The position numbers and the translations under genes are program-made. A stretch of 64,000 nucleotides of DNA from positions 7,594 to 71,593 of the forward strand of contig JAILBR010000030.1 in assembly GCA_024680795.1 (NCBI GenBank). Direction: 5' to 3'. This document shows, piece after piece, positions 1-9,939 of the stretch (the first letter of the stretch is position 1; every line of letters starts with the position of its first letter). The notes under the pieces are model-generated. The model was not told the origin of the DNA, searched no databases, and was given only the letters and a program-made list of their open reading frames with translations. This DNA comes from Bacilli bacterium. GTDB lineage: Bacteria; Bacillota_I; Bacilli_A; RFN20; CAG-826.

Positions 1-1546
1 AGCCTTCTTCACCAGGGATGTATGTTGTGTAGTAATCTTGTAATGAGACATCAGCTTTTGTCTTAACTGGAGTTGCTGTAGCATCAGTAATAACTGATTT
101 ATTAGTTCCTTCAAAGACTGATTTTCTCATAATCATGAAGTGGATGCCTGCTTCACTTCTGACACCAATAATCACGTTGCCAACTTTGTCACATAAGACT
201 TTTTTACCATTAACTTCTTGGAAGTTGTTGTTTGGAATCTTGTAATCGCCGTTTTCGAAGTCGTGTTCTGCAACAGTGACTTTATCTTCGCCGACGATGC
301 CATTATCTGTGATGTCTTCTGGAGTGATAACAAATGGTGAGTGGAAGTTTAAGAATTGGTTGAATAAGATGTTTCTTGGAAGCATGACATCACCAGATTC
401 TGGGGAAGTACCATTGATCTTATCGTTAGAAGCATTGTCACCAATTAACTTAAAGACTTGATATGGAACGGTTGGAACGTCTGTATAAGCAGCTTGTCTT
501 GAGACAGGTGTATGGACGTTAGTAACCATTTCAGATTTGATTAAGTCAGCAACATATTCTTTCTTAACGCCTGCGGTAGTAACTTCAGTGGTGATTGTTG
601 AACCTTCAACATCAGTACCAACAACTTTCTTATCTAAACCAAGGGCTTTATGAATGTTTTCGTTATCGCTTGTTGCAGAATCAATTGGGTTAAGACCACT
701 CATGATTGCATCGTAAGCATAGATACCGAGTTTGAATTCATTATAGAATGATGTCTTTGTGGACATGATACCGACATCACCATATTGATCCTTACTTGTA
801 TCATCTGATAAGTTGAAGGCAACGTCTTCAAATGTGTATTGACCATCGATTAATTGACGGACAACTTGCCATAATTTGGTTGCTTCGGCTTCAGTGATTG
901 TTCCTCTATTGTAATCAGACTTGTCAGCTGATAACTTCACTAAGATGTGGAGGATGTGATAAGGATATAATGGTTCGACGTTTTCAACACCAGTTGTGAC
1001 ATCATGCCAATCTTTATCTAAACCAAGGTATTCATCTTTAAGGCTATTGATGTTTGTCTTGGCATACCAATCTGATAATTCTTCTTTTTCAAGATTGTAG
1101 AGATAGTATTGTTTTAAATCGTCATCGCTTTCGCAATTATGGGAATCCTTAATCTTTTCCCATTCTTCATCAAAGCTTGTACCGTTTGTACTAGCGTTTG
1201 AGTCAGCGGTTTGTCTAGCAGATTCATACTTATCATTAGCTTCACTCTTTAAGGTTTCGTAAGATCTTAAAGTAGTGCCTGTTTGCTTTGATAATTCTGG
1301 GTACTCATATCTAATTAATGCTTCTAAGATTGCATCATAATAGAGCTTAGTACCATCAGAAGAATCACTGTACTTGCCATATAAATCATCTGTTTTAATA
1401 ATGATCTTTTCATTGTTGTAACCAACTAATTCAACGAGTTCTCCTTCTTTAGAAGTAACAGGTGAGCTACTTGAGTCACAAGCAGACATTGCAAGTGCAC
1501 CAATGAAACTAGCAACTAAACCGACAGATAGTTTACTTTTTTTCAT
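1..1546 (-). CDS. Lipoprotein with parvulin-type PPIase-like domain (PrsA-like foldase); C-terminal end lies outside the window
   Basis: Minus-strand frame is open from the ATG (reverse complement of cat at 1544-1546) to the window edge. It is absent from the ORF track because it is open-ended. The N-terminus MKKSKLSVGLVASFIGALAMSAC is a signal peptide plus lipobox Cys. My own translation gives YPYHILHILVKLSAD (about 900-960) and EAGIHFMIMRKS (about 121-160), which resemble parvulin/PrsA strands. Confidence 0.6.
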   Translation of the reverse strand, partial: MKKSKLSVGLVASFIGALAMSACDSSSSPVTSKEGELVELVGYNNEKIIIKTDDLYGKYSDSSDGTKLYYDAILEALIRYEYPELSKQTGTTLRSYETLKSEANDKYESARQTADSNASTNGTSFDEEWEKIKDSHNCESDDDLKQYYLYNLEKEELSDWYAKTNINSLKDEYLGLDKDWHDVTTGVENVEPLYPYHILHILVKLSADKSDYNRGTITEAEATKLWQVVRQLIDGQYTFEDVAFNLSDDTSKDQYGDVGIMSTKTSFYNEFKLGIYAYDAIMSGLNPIDSATSDNENIHKALGLDKKVVGTDVEGSTITTEVTTAGVKKEYVADLIKSEMVTNVHTPVSRQAAYTDVPTVPYQVFKLIGDNASNDKINGTSPESGDVMLPRNILFNQFLNFHSPFVITPEDITDNGIVGEDKVTVAEHDFENGDYKIPNNNFQEVNGKKVLCDKVGNVIIGVRSEAGIHFMIMRKSVFEGTNKSVITDATATPVKTKADVSLQDYYTTYIPGEEG

Positions 1547-1695
1547 TTTCTGTACTCTCCTTTTTAAAATACATAGCGAGACTATTTTACATATATCTAA
1601 AATCGCGCGCAATAATAATTTTAATTATTTTCGCGTACACGCTTACACAAACCATTTATAAGAAATAGAAAAATGAAGAAAATTTATCATATCGT

Positions 1696-1724
1696 TTGCA
1701 TTGAAAAATGGTAGTCTATACAAT
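1696..1724 (+). promoter_or_regulatory. Putative sigma-A promoter of the suf operon
   Basis: TTGCAT (1696-1701), 17-nt spacer, TACAAT (1719-1724). GGTGAGGAA Shine-Dalgarno at 1732-1740 precedes the ATG at 1748. Confidence 0.5.
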
Positions 1725-1747
1725 ATTGCACGGTGAGGAAATAATTT

Positions 1748-2569
1748 ATGGCAATACTAAAAATTAAAAACCTACATGTTGCAGTTGACGGGAAAGAGAT
1801 TTTAAAAGGCGTAAATGTCGAAATCTCTGAAGGTGAAACTGTCGCATTATTAGGCCCTAACGGACATGGTAAATCTACTTTATTAAACGTTATTATGGGT
1901 CATCCAAGATATCAAATTACTGAAGGTTCTATCTATTTAGATGATGTGGATATCACTAATTATTCCACAGATGAAAGAGCAAAAGCAGGCTTGTTCCTCG
2001 CTTTACAAACCCCACCTGAAGTTCCAGGAGTTATCAACTCTGATTTTTTACGTGCTGCCGTTAATTCTAGAAGAGAAAATCACCTATCAACTTATAAATT
2101 TTATAAGTTACTCGATAGCGCAATCAAAGAAGTGAAGATGCCTTTTGATCTCGCAACTAGAAGCTTAAATGAAGGTTTCTCTGGTGGTGAAAAGAAGAGA
2201 AATGAAATTCTCCAACTCATCTTACTCGAACCAAAGATTGCCATGCTTGATGAAATTGATTCCGGCCTTGATGTTGATGCGATGCAAATCGTTGCTGATG
2301 TGATTAGAAAAGAAAAGGAAAAAGGAAGAGGCTTTTTAGTCATTTCTCACTATGCTAGATTGTTCGACTTAATTCAACCTACAAGAGCGATTGTCATGAT
2401 TAACGGAAGAATCGTTTTAGATGGGGGAATTGACCTCATTAAACGTATTGATCAGCACGGGTATGAATTCATCAAAACCGAACTAGGAATTAATATCGAA
2501 AAAGAAGAACCAAACATGAATTCCGTTTCAATTGGCTCTTGTGCAGTTAGAGAAGTTACAAAGAAATAG
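1748..2569 (+). CDS. sufC: Fe-S cluster assembly ATPase SufC
   Basis: Walker A GPNGHGKST, ABC signature FSGGEKKRNE, Walker B MLDEIDSGLD. First gene of a sufCDSUB arrangement. Confidence 0.95.
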   Translation: MAILKIKNLHVAVDGKEILKGVNVEISEGETVALLGPNGHGKSTLLNVIMGHPRYQITEGSIYLDDVDITNYSTDERAKAGLFLALQTPPEVPGVINSDFLRAAVNSRRENHLSTYKFYKLLDSAIKEVKMPFDLATRSLNEGFSGGEKKRNEILQLILLEPKIAMLDEIDSGLDVDAMQIVADVIRKEKEKGRGFLVISHYARLFDLIQPTRAIVMINGRIVLDGGIDLIKRIDQHGYEFIKTELGINIEKEEPNMNSVSIGSCAVREVTKK

Positions 2570-2571
2570 TT

Positions 2572-3339
2572 ATGAGCAAAATTGTTTTAGAAAATAAACT
2601 TGACCTTGACTTCACAACTTTAGAAAAAGAGATGTCTTTTGAACTTTCTGAAAATAAAGAAGCATGGCTATATATCACTAATCTTAATAATGATAATATA
2701 GTGAATTTTGAGCTTGCTAGTAACGCCATTTTGCATCTCTCTATTTTTGCTAAAGAACCAATCAAAAACTTAAAATTAATGGCAAATCTTAAGGAAAATA
2801 GTCAAATAATCGTATATTTTGCTGATTTTGCTAAAGAAAGTAACACTGGCGAAGTTTCAATAAATCTTAATGGTATTGGGGCAACCGCTGATTGGCATTT
2901 AGCCTCCTTGGCCAGTGATAAAGATAACAAAAATATATCCGTTTCTGTTTACCATAACGTCCCTCAAACCTTTGCTAAAGTCGATAACTATGGCGTTGTT
3001 AAGGATGATTCCAAACTCGTTTTTGCGGGAACATCCCATATTTTAAAAGGCAGTATTAAGAGTAAAACTCATCAAAACGCAAAGATTATGGTCTTCGATT
3101 CTAATAGTGACGCGATTGCTAAACCAATCTTAAAAATTGATGAAAATGATATCGAAGCTAGCCACGCTGCTGCGGTAGGAAAAATCAGTGATGAACATCT
3201 ATTCTATTTAACCTCTAGAGGATTAAATATGGAGGATGCAAAAATGCTTATTACACTTGGTTATTTAAAACCTATTTTTAATGGTTTTGACGAGGATAAA
3301 GTTGAATATATTAATGAGACAATGGGAGGTAGATTATAA
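2572..3339 (+). CDS. sufD: Fe-S cluster assembly protein SufD (short form, 255 aa)
   Basis: SufB/D-type C-terminal beta-helix region (DAIAKPILKIDENDIEASHAAAVGKISDEHLFYLTSRGL). Positioned between sufC and sufS. Confidence 0.8.
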   Translation: MSKIVLENKLDLDFTTLEKEMSFELSENKEAWLYITNLNNDNIVNFELASNAILHLSIFAKEPIKNLKLMANLKENSQIIVYFADFAKESNTGEVSINLNGIGATADWHLASLASDKDNKNISVSVYHNVPQTFAKVDNYGVVKDDSKLVFAGTSHILKGSIKSKTHQNAKIMVFDSNSDAIAKPILKIDENDIEASHAAAVGKISDEHLFYLTSRGLNMEDAKMLITLGYLKPIFNGFDEDKVEYINETMGGRL

Positions 3340-4574
3340 TGTACGACATTTATAAAGTCAGAAAAGAATTCCCAATGTTGAATGGCAAGAAAATGCAAGG
3401 ACATGATCTTGTTTATCTTGATAATGCTTCAACCACCTTTAAACCAAGATGTGTTATTGATGCAATGAATGAATATTATGAAGACTACACTGCTAACTCA
3501 CATCGTGGTGATTATGATTTATGCTATAAAGCAGAAACTAAAGTTAATGAGGCAAGAAGAAAGATTGCTGAATTTATTAACTCCGATGTAAACGAAGTGG
3601 TTTTTACAAGCGGAGACACTGAAGCCTTAAACTTAGTGGCCTATGGCTATGGACTAAAATTCTTAACTAAGGATGATGCAATTTTATTATCTAAATCTGA
3701 ACATGCTTCAAATACTTTGCCATGGTTTAAAATTTCTAATATGACAGGGTGTCATATCTACTTTGTAGATACTGATAAAAATATGATCACTCCTGAGAAT
3801 GTTAAAAAAGCATTTAGTGAACATCCAAATATTAAAGTAGTGGCCTTTGCCCATGTTGGAAATGTCTTAGGATATCGTATTGATATTGAAGAGATTACGA
3901 AAATCACTCATGAACATGGAGCGATTATTGTTGTTGATGGTGCTCAATCAGTACCACACGTTAAAACTGATTTCAAAAAGTTAGATATCGATTTCTTATC
4001 TTTCTCTGCTCATAAGATGTGTGGTCCAACTGGTGTTGGTGTCTTAATTGGAAAATATGATTTATTACAAAAGATGGATACATTCTTAACTGGTGGAGGA
4101 ATGAATGAATCATTCAACTCTAATATCGAATGTGTACCATATGATGCACCTAGAAAATTTGAAGCTGGTACACAAAATGTTGCAGGTATCATTGGATTTG
4201 GTGCTGCGATTGATTTTATCAATGAAATCGGATTAGAAAACATTGAAAAACATGAAGAAGAAATTCATACCTATTTATTAGAACAAATCAAAGATATAGA
4301 TGGCATCATTATTTATAATAATGACCATGAGAGTAATTTATTTACTTTTAATCGAAAAGGTGTATTTGCTCAAGATGAAGGTACTTTATTTAATTCCAAA
4401 GGCATTGCGGTTAGAACTGGTCAACACTGCGCTAAAATGCTTGATGAGCTAATTTGTGAAGTAGCTACCGTAAGAGCGTCATTCTATTTATATACAACTA
4501 AAGAAGAAATCGATGTATTTGTCGATGCATTAAGAAGTGGAGGAGATATTTTAGATGCCTATTTCAATGACTAA
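3339..4574 (+). CDS. sufS: Cysteine desulfurase SufS (class V aminotransferase)
   Basis: PLP-lysine context SFSAHKMCGPTGVG and catalytic Cys loop RTGQHCA. ATGA-type overlap with sufD. Confidence 0.95.
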   Translation: MYDIYKVRKEFPMLNGKKMQGHDLVYLDNASTTFKPRCVIDAMNEYYEDYTANSHRGDYDLCYKAETKVNEARRKIAEFINSDVNEVVFTSGDTEALNLVAYGYGLKFLTKDDAILLSKSEHASNTLPWFKISNMTGCHIYFVDTDKNMITPENVKKAFSEHPNIKVVAFAHVGNVLGYRIDIEEITKITHEHGAIIVVDGAQSVPHVKTDFKKLDIDFLSFSAHKMCGPTGVGVLIGKYDLLQKMDTFLTGGGMNESFNSNIECVPYDAPRKFEAGTQNVAGIIGFGAAIDFINEIGLENIEKHEEEIHTYLLEQIKDIDGIIIYNNDHESNLFTFNRKGVFAQDEGTLFNSKGIAVRTGQHCAKMLDELICEVATVRASFYLYTTKEEIDVFVDALRSGGDILDAYFND

Positions 4575-4989
4575 TGAAATGATGAGAAGTATTATTATGG
4601 ACCATGCTTCCCATCCAGAAAATAAACATACTCCTTCTAAAGAAGGATACGAAATGATCCATATGCATTCTGATAACTGCATCGATGACCTCAATATATA
4701 TCTATATATTAATAATGATGTAGTGGAAGATGCTTGTTTTGAAGGTGTGGCTTGTACAATATCTTTAAGTTCCACTGATATCTTATGCGACTTGATTAAA
4801 GGCAAGACTAAGAAAGAAGCCTTATACATGATTGAACAATATAATCACATGATGCATGAGGAACCATTTGATGATGAAGTTCTTGATGAAGCAGTGGTGT
4901 TTATCAATACCAGCAAACAAGCAGCGAGAATTAGATGTGCAACCATAGGTTGGACTGCCGCTGATAAGATTTTAAAAGGTGAGAAATAA
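4555..4989 (+). CDS. sufU: Fe-S cluster scaffold/sulfur acceptor SufU (IscU-like)
   Basis: SufU-type motifs ([30 protein letters not shown]). GGAGGAG lies 9 nt upstream of the ATG at 4555. Confidence 0.9.
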   Translation: MPISMTNEMMRSIIMDHASHPENKHTPSKEGYEMIHMHSDNCIDDLNIYLYINNDVVEDACFEGVACTISLSSTDILCDLIKGKTKKEALYMIEQYNHMMHEEPFDDEVLDEAVVFINTSKQAARIRCATIGWTAADKILKGEK

Positions 4990-6389
4990 TGGGAAAAGAC
5001 GATATTAAATTCCAAGAAGATTATAAATACGGCTTTAAAGACGAAGATGTCTCTACTTTTAAAACTGAAAAAGGCTTAAATGAAGATATCGTTCGTCAAA
5101 TCTCTAAAGCTAAAGGCGAACCAGAATGGATGCTTGAATTTAGATTAAAAGCATTACGTTCATTTTTGGCTATGCCTTTACCAAAATATGGTCCTGATCT
5201 AAGTGATTTAGATTTTGATTCTTTCACATATTTCATTCGTCCAAGTGATAAAGAAGTTAAGGACTGGAATGAAGTTCCTGAAACAATCAAAAATACATTT
5301 GATAAATTAGGTATTCCAGAAGCCGAGCAAAAATATCTCGCTGGTGTATCTACTCAATATGAGAGCGAAGTTGTTTATCATAACATGCTTAAAGAGATTG
5401 AAGATAAAGGTGTTATCTTCCTATCTACTGATATGGCGTTAAAACTTTATCCTGATTTATTCAAAAAATATTTCTCCACAGTGATTCCAGTTGCAGATAA
5501 TAAATTCTCTGCATTAAATGGTGCGGTTTGGTCTGGAGGAAGCTTTATTTATGTGCCAAAAGGCGTGCATTTAGATAAGCCATTACAATCATACTTCCGT
5601 ATCAATAACGAGAAGAGTGGACAATTTGAAAGAACCTTAATCATCGTTGATGAGGGGGCTGATGTCCATTATGTCGAAGGATGTACCGCTCCTACATATT
5701 CTAAAGAATCATTACACGCTGCTGTAGTAGAAATCATTGTTTTAAAAGATGGCAGATGTAGATATTCAACAGTCCAAAACTGGTCTACAAATATTGTTAA
5801 CCTTGTTACTAAGAGAGCAGTTTGTTATGAGAATGCATCTATGGAATGGATTGATGGCAATATTGGTAGCCAAGTAAATATGAAATACCCAGCCTGTATT
5901 TTAAAAGGCAATGGTGCAAAAGGAACTTGTATTTCTATTGCTGTAGCAGGAAAAGGTCAATATCAAGACGCTGGTGCTAGAATGATTCATGAAGCAGATA
6001 ATACAACTTCCACAATTATTTCCAAATCAATTGTTAAAAATGGTGGTGTCGCTAACTATAGAGGCACTGTCAGACATAAAAAAGGTGCTTCAAACTGTAG
6101 AAGCCATGTTGAATGTGACACTTTGATTCTTGATGATATTTCTAGAAGTGACACAATCCCAACTAATGAAGTTAATAACAACACTTCATATATTGAACAT
6201 GAAGCCACTGTCAGTAAGATTAATGAAGATCAATTATTCTATTTGATGAGTAGAGGTATCTCAGAAAAAGACGCTACTCAGATGATTGTCATGGGATTCA
6301 TTGAACCATTTAGTAGAGAATTACCAATGGAATACGCAGTGGAACTCAATCAACTCATCAAAATGGATATGGAAGGTAGTGTAGGATAA
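4989..6389 (+). CDS. sufB: Fe-S cluster assembly protein SufB
   Basis: 466 aa with typical SufB sequence ([30 protein letters not shown]). Overlaps the sufU stop. Confidence 0.95.
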   Translation: MGKDDIKFQEDYKYGFKDEDVSTFKTEKGLNEDIVRQISKAKGEPEWMLEFRLKALRSFLAMPLPKYGPDLSDLDFDSFTYFIRPSDKEVKDWNEVPETIKNTFDKLGIPEAEQKYLAGVSTQYESEVVYHNMLKEIEDKGVIFLSTDMALKLYPDLFKKYFSTVIPVADNKFSALNGAVWSGGSFIYVPKGVHLDKPLQSYFRINNEKSGQFERTLIIVDEGADVHYVEGCTAPTYSKESLHAAVVEIIVLKDGRCRYSTVQNWSTNIVNLVTKRAVCYENASMEWIDGNIGSQVNMKYPACILKGNGAKGTCISIAVAGKGQYQDAGARMIHEADNTTSTIISKSIVKNGGVANYRGTVRHKKGASNCRSHVECDTLILDDISRSDTIPTNEVNNNTSYIEHEATVSKINEDQLFYLMSRGISEKDATQMIVMGFIEPFSRELPMEYAVELNQLIKMDMEGSVG

Positions 6390-6391
6390 TA

Positions 6392-8269
6392 ATGGACTAT
6401 CAAGTTATCGTTGTTGGTGGAGGACATGCAGGTTTAGAAGCTGCTTTTGCTAGTGCGCATATGGGAATGCGTACTCTTTTGGTGTCTATTAACATCAAGA
6501 TGATGGGAAATATGCCATGCAATCCTTCTATCGGTGGCAGCGCTAAAGGCATTGTGGTCAGAGAAATCGATGCACTTGGTGGCATGATGGGTATTGCCGC
6601 TGATCATCACTATCTCCAAATGAAGATGCTTAACACAGGAAAAGGTCCTGGTGTTCAATGTCTAAGAGCACAACAAGATAAACTGGAATACCCTAAATTT
6701 TTACAAGAAAAAGCACTTTTGACTGAAAATTTAGAAGTAAAAGAAGGAATTGTCACCTCCTTAATACACAATGATAAAAAGGTATTTGGAGTTAGACTTC
6801 AAAGTGGAGAAGAATATACAGGAGACGCCGTGATTCTATCTACTGGCACCTACATGGAAAGCTATATTTTCCGTGGACACGATAAGATAAGTGAAGGTCC
6901 AGATGGTGAAAAACCATCATTAGGATTATCTCCATATTTACGTTCCATGGGTATCGAGACTTATAGGCTTAAAACAGGCACCCCACCAAGGATTGCAAAA
7001 GAATCGATTGACTTTAGTAAAGCCAAAGTGGAACCAGGGACACCTGGTAGGTTAGCATTTTCCTTTATGACTGATGAGTTTATCCCATTAGAAGAGCAAG
7101 AACTATGCTATTTAATCTATACAAATGAACATACACACAACATTATTCGTGAACATTTAGATGAAACTGCTCTATTTTCTGGCAATATTGAAGGTGTTGG
7201 TCCTAGATACTGCCCATCTATTGAAAGCAAAATCATGACTTTCAAAGATAAAGAGAGACATCAACTATTTTTAGAGCCTGAATCTAGATATACAAACTCT
7301 ATTTATCTCCAAGGATTCTCCACAAGTATGAGTAAAGAGATTCAAGAAGAGATGGTACACTCATTACCAGGTTTTGAAAACGCTAAATTCTTAAAATATG
7401 CATACGCAATTGAGTATGACGCGATCAAAACCGAAGAGTATGGACCTACTTTAGAAATTAAAAAGTGGCCAGGCTTATATATCGCAGGCCAAATTTGTGG
7501 TACTTCTGGCTATGAAGAGGCTGCTGGTTTAGGTTTGTTAGCTGGAATTAATGCTTCTTTAAAGATTCAAGGTAAAGAGCCACTCATTTTAAGAAGAGAT
7601 CAATCCTATATCGGGGTTATGATTGATGATTTAATCACTAAAGGAACCCAAGAACCTTATAGATTACTATCCTCAAGAGCGGAATTCCGTCTTCTTTTAA
7701 GACATGATAACGCTGATTTAAGGCTCACAGAGATCGGTAGACAAATCGGTTTAGTGGATGATAAAAGATACGAAAAATTTACCAAAAAGAAATCGAATAT
7801 CGAGCAGGTCACGGCTATTTTGGAAAGTACTTATATCGGAAAGCGCAAAGGAGTGGAGGAATATTTGACCTCTTTAGGCTTCAATGAACTTAAAGGTGGC
7901 ATCCTTGCTAGCGAGTTATTAAAAAGACCAGGTGTCAAACTAGTGGAACTTGCTAGATTCATCCCTGCTTTAGCGGATTTTGATTTAGACGAACAAACTA
8001 TTGAAGAGATTGAAATCATTGAAAAATATGAAGGCTATATCGTTAAGCAAAAGAAAGAAGCAGAAAATCTTATCAAACTAGAAAAAACTCTTATTCCAGA
8101 AGATATCGATTATCTCCATCTAGATGGATTAAGATTAGAAGCCAGAGAAAAACTTAACAGAGTTAGACCTTTAACTGTTGGGCAAGCAAGTCGTGTTGCA
8201 GGTGTTAACCCAAGTGATATTTCTATGCTTGTCTTACATATCAAGAAAATGAGAAAAGAAAATGAATAA
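6392..8269 (+). CDS. mnmG: tRNA uridine 5-carboxymethylaminomethyl modification enzyme MnmG (GidA)
   Basis: FAD-binding N-terminus VIVVGGGHAGLEAA, 625 aa, followed by rsmG as in many bacteria. Confidence 0.97.
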   Translation: MDYQVIVVGGGHAGLEAAFASAHMGMRTLLVSINIKMMGNMPCNPSIGGSAKGIVVREIDALGGMMGIAADHHYLQMKMLNTGKGPGVQCLRAQQDKLEYPKFLQEKALLTENLEVKEGIVTSLIHNDKKVFGVRLQSGEEYTGDAVILSTGTYMESYIFRGHDKISEGPDGEKPSLGLSPYLRSMGIETYRLKTGTPPRIAKESIDFSKAKVEPGTPGRLAFSFMTDEFIPLEEQELCYLIYTNEHTHNIIREHLDETALFSGNIEGVGPRYCPSIESKIMTFKDKERHQLFLEPESRYTNSIYLQGFSTSMSKEIQEEMVHSLPGFENAKFLKYAYAIEYDAIKTEEYGPTLEIKKWPGLYIAGQICGTSGYEEAAGLGLLAGINASLKIQGKEPLILRRDQSYIGVMIDDLITKGTQEPYRLLSSRAEFRLLLRHDNADLRLTEIGRQIGLVDDKRYEKFTKKKSNIEQVTAILESTYIGKRKGVEEYLTSLGFNELKGGILASELLKRPGVKLVELARFIPALADFDLDEQTIEEIEIIEKYEGYIVKQKKEAENLIKLEKTLIPEDIDYLHLDGLRLEAREKLNRVRPLTVGQASRVAGVNPSDISMLVLHIKKMRKENE

Positions 8270-8963
8270 AAATGAGTTAGTTACTTCAGTAAATCAAAAT
8301 ATTACTAAACTAGATAGTATTGTTTTCGACTTACTTGAAAAACTAATGAATATAACTATAGAAACAAATGAGAAATTTAATCTCACCGCCATCAAAGAGG
8401 AAGATAAGTTTAGAGAGCTGATGATTTATGATTCTCTTTTGCCTTTGAGGTATTTTGATTTAGATGGAAAGAGTGTTTTAGATGTTGGTACAGGTGCTGG
8501 ATTTCCTGGCTTGCCACTTGCTATTTCTACTAGAGGAAATATCACTTTATTAGACTCCACAAATAAGAAAATAGGGCATATATGTTCGATTATTGATGAA
8601 TTCGGACTTAAAAACGCTAAGGCAATTTGTGCTAGAGCGGAAGAATATGGAAGAAGTAATAGAGAACAATTTGATTATGTGATTGCGCGCGCTGTTGCTC
8701 CATTAAATATTCTTGCTGAGTTATGTCTCCCAATGGTTAAAGTTGGCGGATTTTTTATTGCTATGAAGGGTAGTAATGGACAAGAAGAACTAGATGAAGC
8801 TAATAAGGCAATCGAAAAGCTAGGTGGAAAAGTAATTGCTATTCATAATGATGAATTACCTATCTCAAAAGAAGCTAGAATTACTATTGAAATTAAGAAG
8901 ATAAAGGAGACTAACAAAAAGTATCCTAGAGATTATAAAGAAATTAAGGTTAAACCTCTTTAA
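8262..8963 (+). CDS. rsmG: 16S rRNA (guanine527-N7)-methyltransferase RsmG (GidB)
   Basis: SAM-binding motif LDVGTGAGFPGLPLAI. Overlaps the mnmG stop by 8 nt. Confidence 0.93.
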   Translation: MNKNELVTSVNQNITKLDSIVFDLLEKLMNITIETNEKFNLTAIKEEDKFRELMIYDSLLPLRYFDLDGKSVLDVGTGAGFPGLPLAISTRGNITLLDSTNKKIGHICSIIDEFGLKNAKAICARAEEYGRSNREQFDYVIARAVAPLNILAELCLPMVKVGGFFIAMKGSNGQEELDEANKAIEKLGGKVIAIHNDELPISKEARITIEIKKIKETNKKYPRDYKEIKVKPL

Positions 8964-8992
8964 TAATTTATTCATTAGAGATACAATATAAA

Positions 8993-9147
8993 CACTTCAG
9001 GGCAGCGAAATAACGCGACCGGCGGTAAACCCCGCAAGCGAAAGCATGAACTTGTGAAATTCAAGTGGCGACAGTAAAGTCTGGATGAGAGAAGTTATAA
9101 AAAGATTTATCTTTTTTGTAGAGCCCCTGAAGCGAGGGCTATTTTTT
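8993..9147 (+). promoter_or_regulatory. FMN riboswitch (RFN element) with downstream hairpin/U-run expression platform
   Basis: CTTCAGGGCAGCGAAATAACGCGACCGGCGGTAAACCCCGCAAGCG...GGCGACAGTAAAGTCTGGATGAGAGAAG matches the conserved RFN core (GGGCAG, GACCGGCGGT, CGACAGTnAAAGTCTGGATGnGAGAAG). P1 pairs CTTC (8995-8998) with GAAG (9090-9093). Downstream are AAAGA-TTTA-TCTTT-TTTT and AGCCC-N9-GGGCT-ATTTTTT (9122-9147), directly before the ATG at 9148. Confidence 0.85.
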
Positions 9148-9939
9148 ATGAAAAAAGAAAGAAGAAGTGTAAGTGAAACTATTACAAGAATGTCGACTTT
9201 AGCAATCTTATCGGCATTAGGATTTGTTTTGATGTCTTTTGCACAGTTTCCAAATCCATTCGCACCATGGTTAAAGATTGAGGTTAGTGAAATTGTTACC
9301 TTACTAGCGTATGCCTTATATGGTTTGCCTGGTGGTATCTTTGTAGCGATTACCAAAACCGGATTAAATATCGCTGTTAGAGGTTTATCAGCAATGGGTT
9401 TAGGTGATATAACTGCCTTTATCACCTCTTGTGTATTTATCCTTGGCCTATTTTTAACTAGCCATGTTTTCAAATGGTTTAAAAAAGGATTAGGTTTTAG
9501 AATCTTATCTTATGGAGTTATTACAACATTAGTGACAGTGGTTTTAACTTTCTTAAATGCAATATTCATTACCCCTTCCTATTTAACTATCTTTAGTGAG
9601 GGTAGATTATCGACATGTTTTGAACCCGGAATGATTCAAAATGTTGTTAATTATCTACTGAAAACTGATAGCACAAGTGTCAATGGATGGGTCTATATAG
9701 GCGCAATCTGTGCGATTTACGTGCCTTTTAACTTGCTAAAAGGAGCAATTTGCTGTGCGGCTTACGAGATACTTTTCAATCGTTTGATTTTTGTCTTTAT
9801 GAGAAGATCAGAGTTCTTCCAAAAATACTTTGTTGGCAATATTTTTACTAAAAAAGCTGAAGAAAAACCAGCTGAAGAAGAGCCTAACTCGGATATAGTA
9901 AACGAAGAAGTAAAGGAAGAGGAAGAACAAAATGGCTAA
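9148..9939 (+). CDS. Riboflavin-transporter-like membrane protein (ECF S-component/RibU-like) with acidic C-terminal tail
   Basis: Multi-TM protein immediately downstream of the FMN riboswitch. I moved the start from 9085 to the in-frame ATG at 9148 because 9085-9147 is riboswitch/terminator RNA. C-terminal tail is KKAEEKPAEEEPNSDIVNEEVKEEEEQNG. The substrate is inferred from the riboswitch context. Confidence 0.7.
   Translation: MKKERRSVSETITRMSTLAILSALGFVLMSFAQFPNPFAPWLKIEVSEIVTLLAYALYGLPGGIFVAITKTGLNIAVRGLSAMGLGDITAFITSCVFILGLFLTSHVFKWFKKGLGFRILSYGVITTLVTVVLTFLNAIFITPSYLTIFSEGRLSTCFEPGMIQNVVNYLLKTDSTSVNGWVYIGAICAIYVPFNLLKGAICCAAYEILFNRLIFVFMRRSEFFQKYFVGNIFTKKAEEKPAEEEPNSDIVNEEVKEEEEQNG

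Noticed and set aside
8997-9473. 158-aa minus-strand ORF
   Set aside because: It overlaps the FMN riboswitch and the 5' half of the transporter gene on the opposite strand. It has no RBS or recognisable motif, so it is a shadow ORF.
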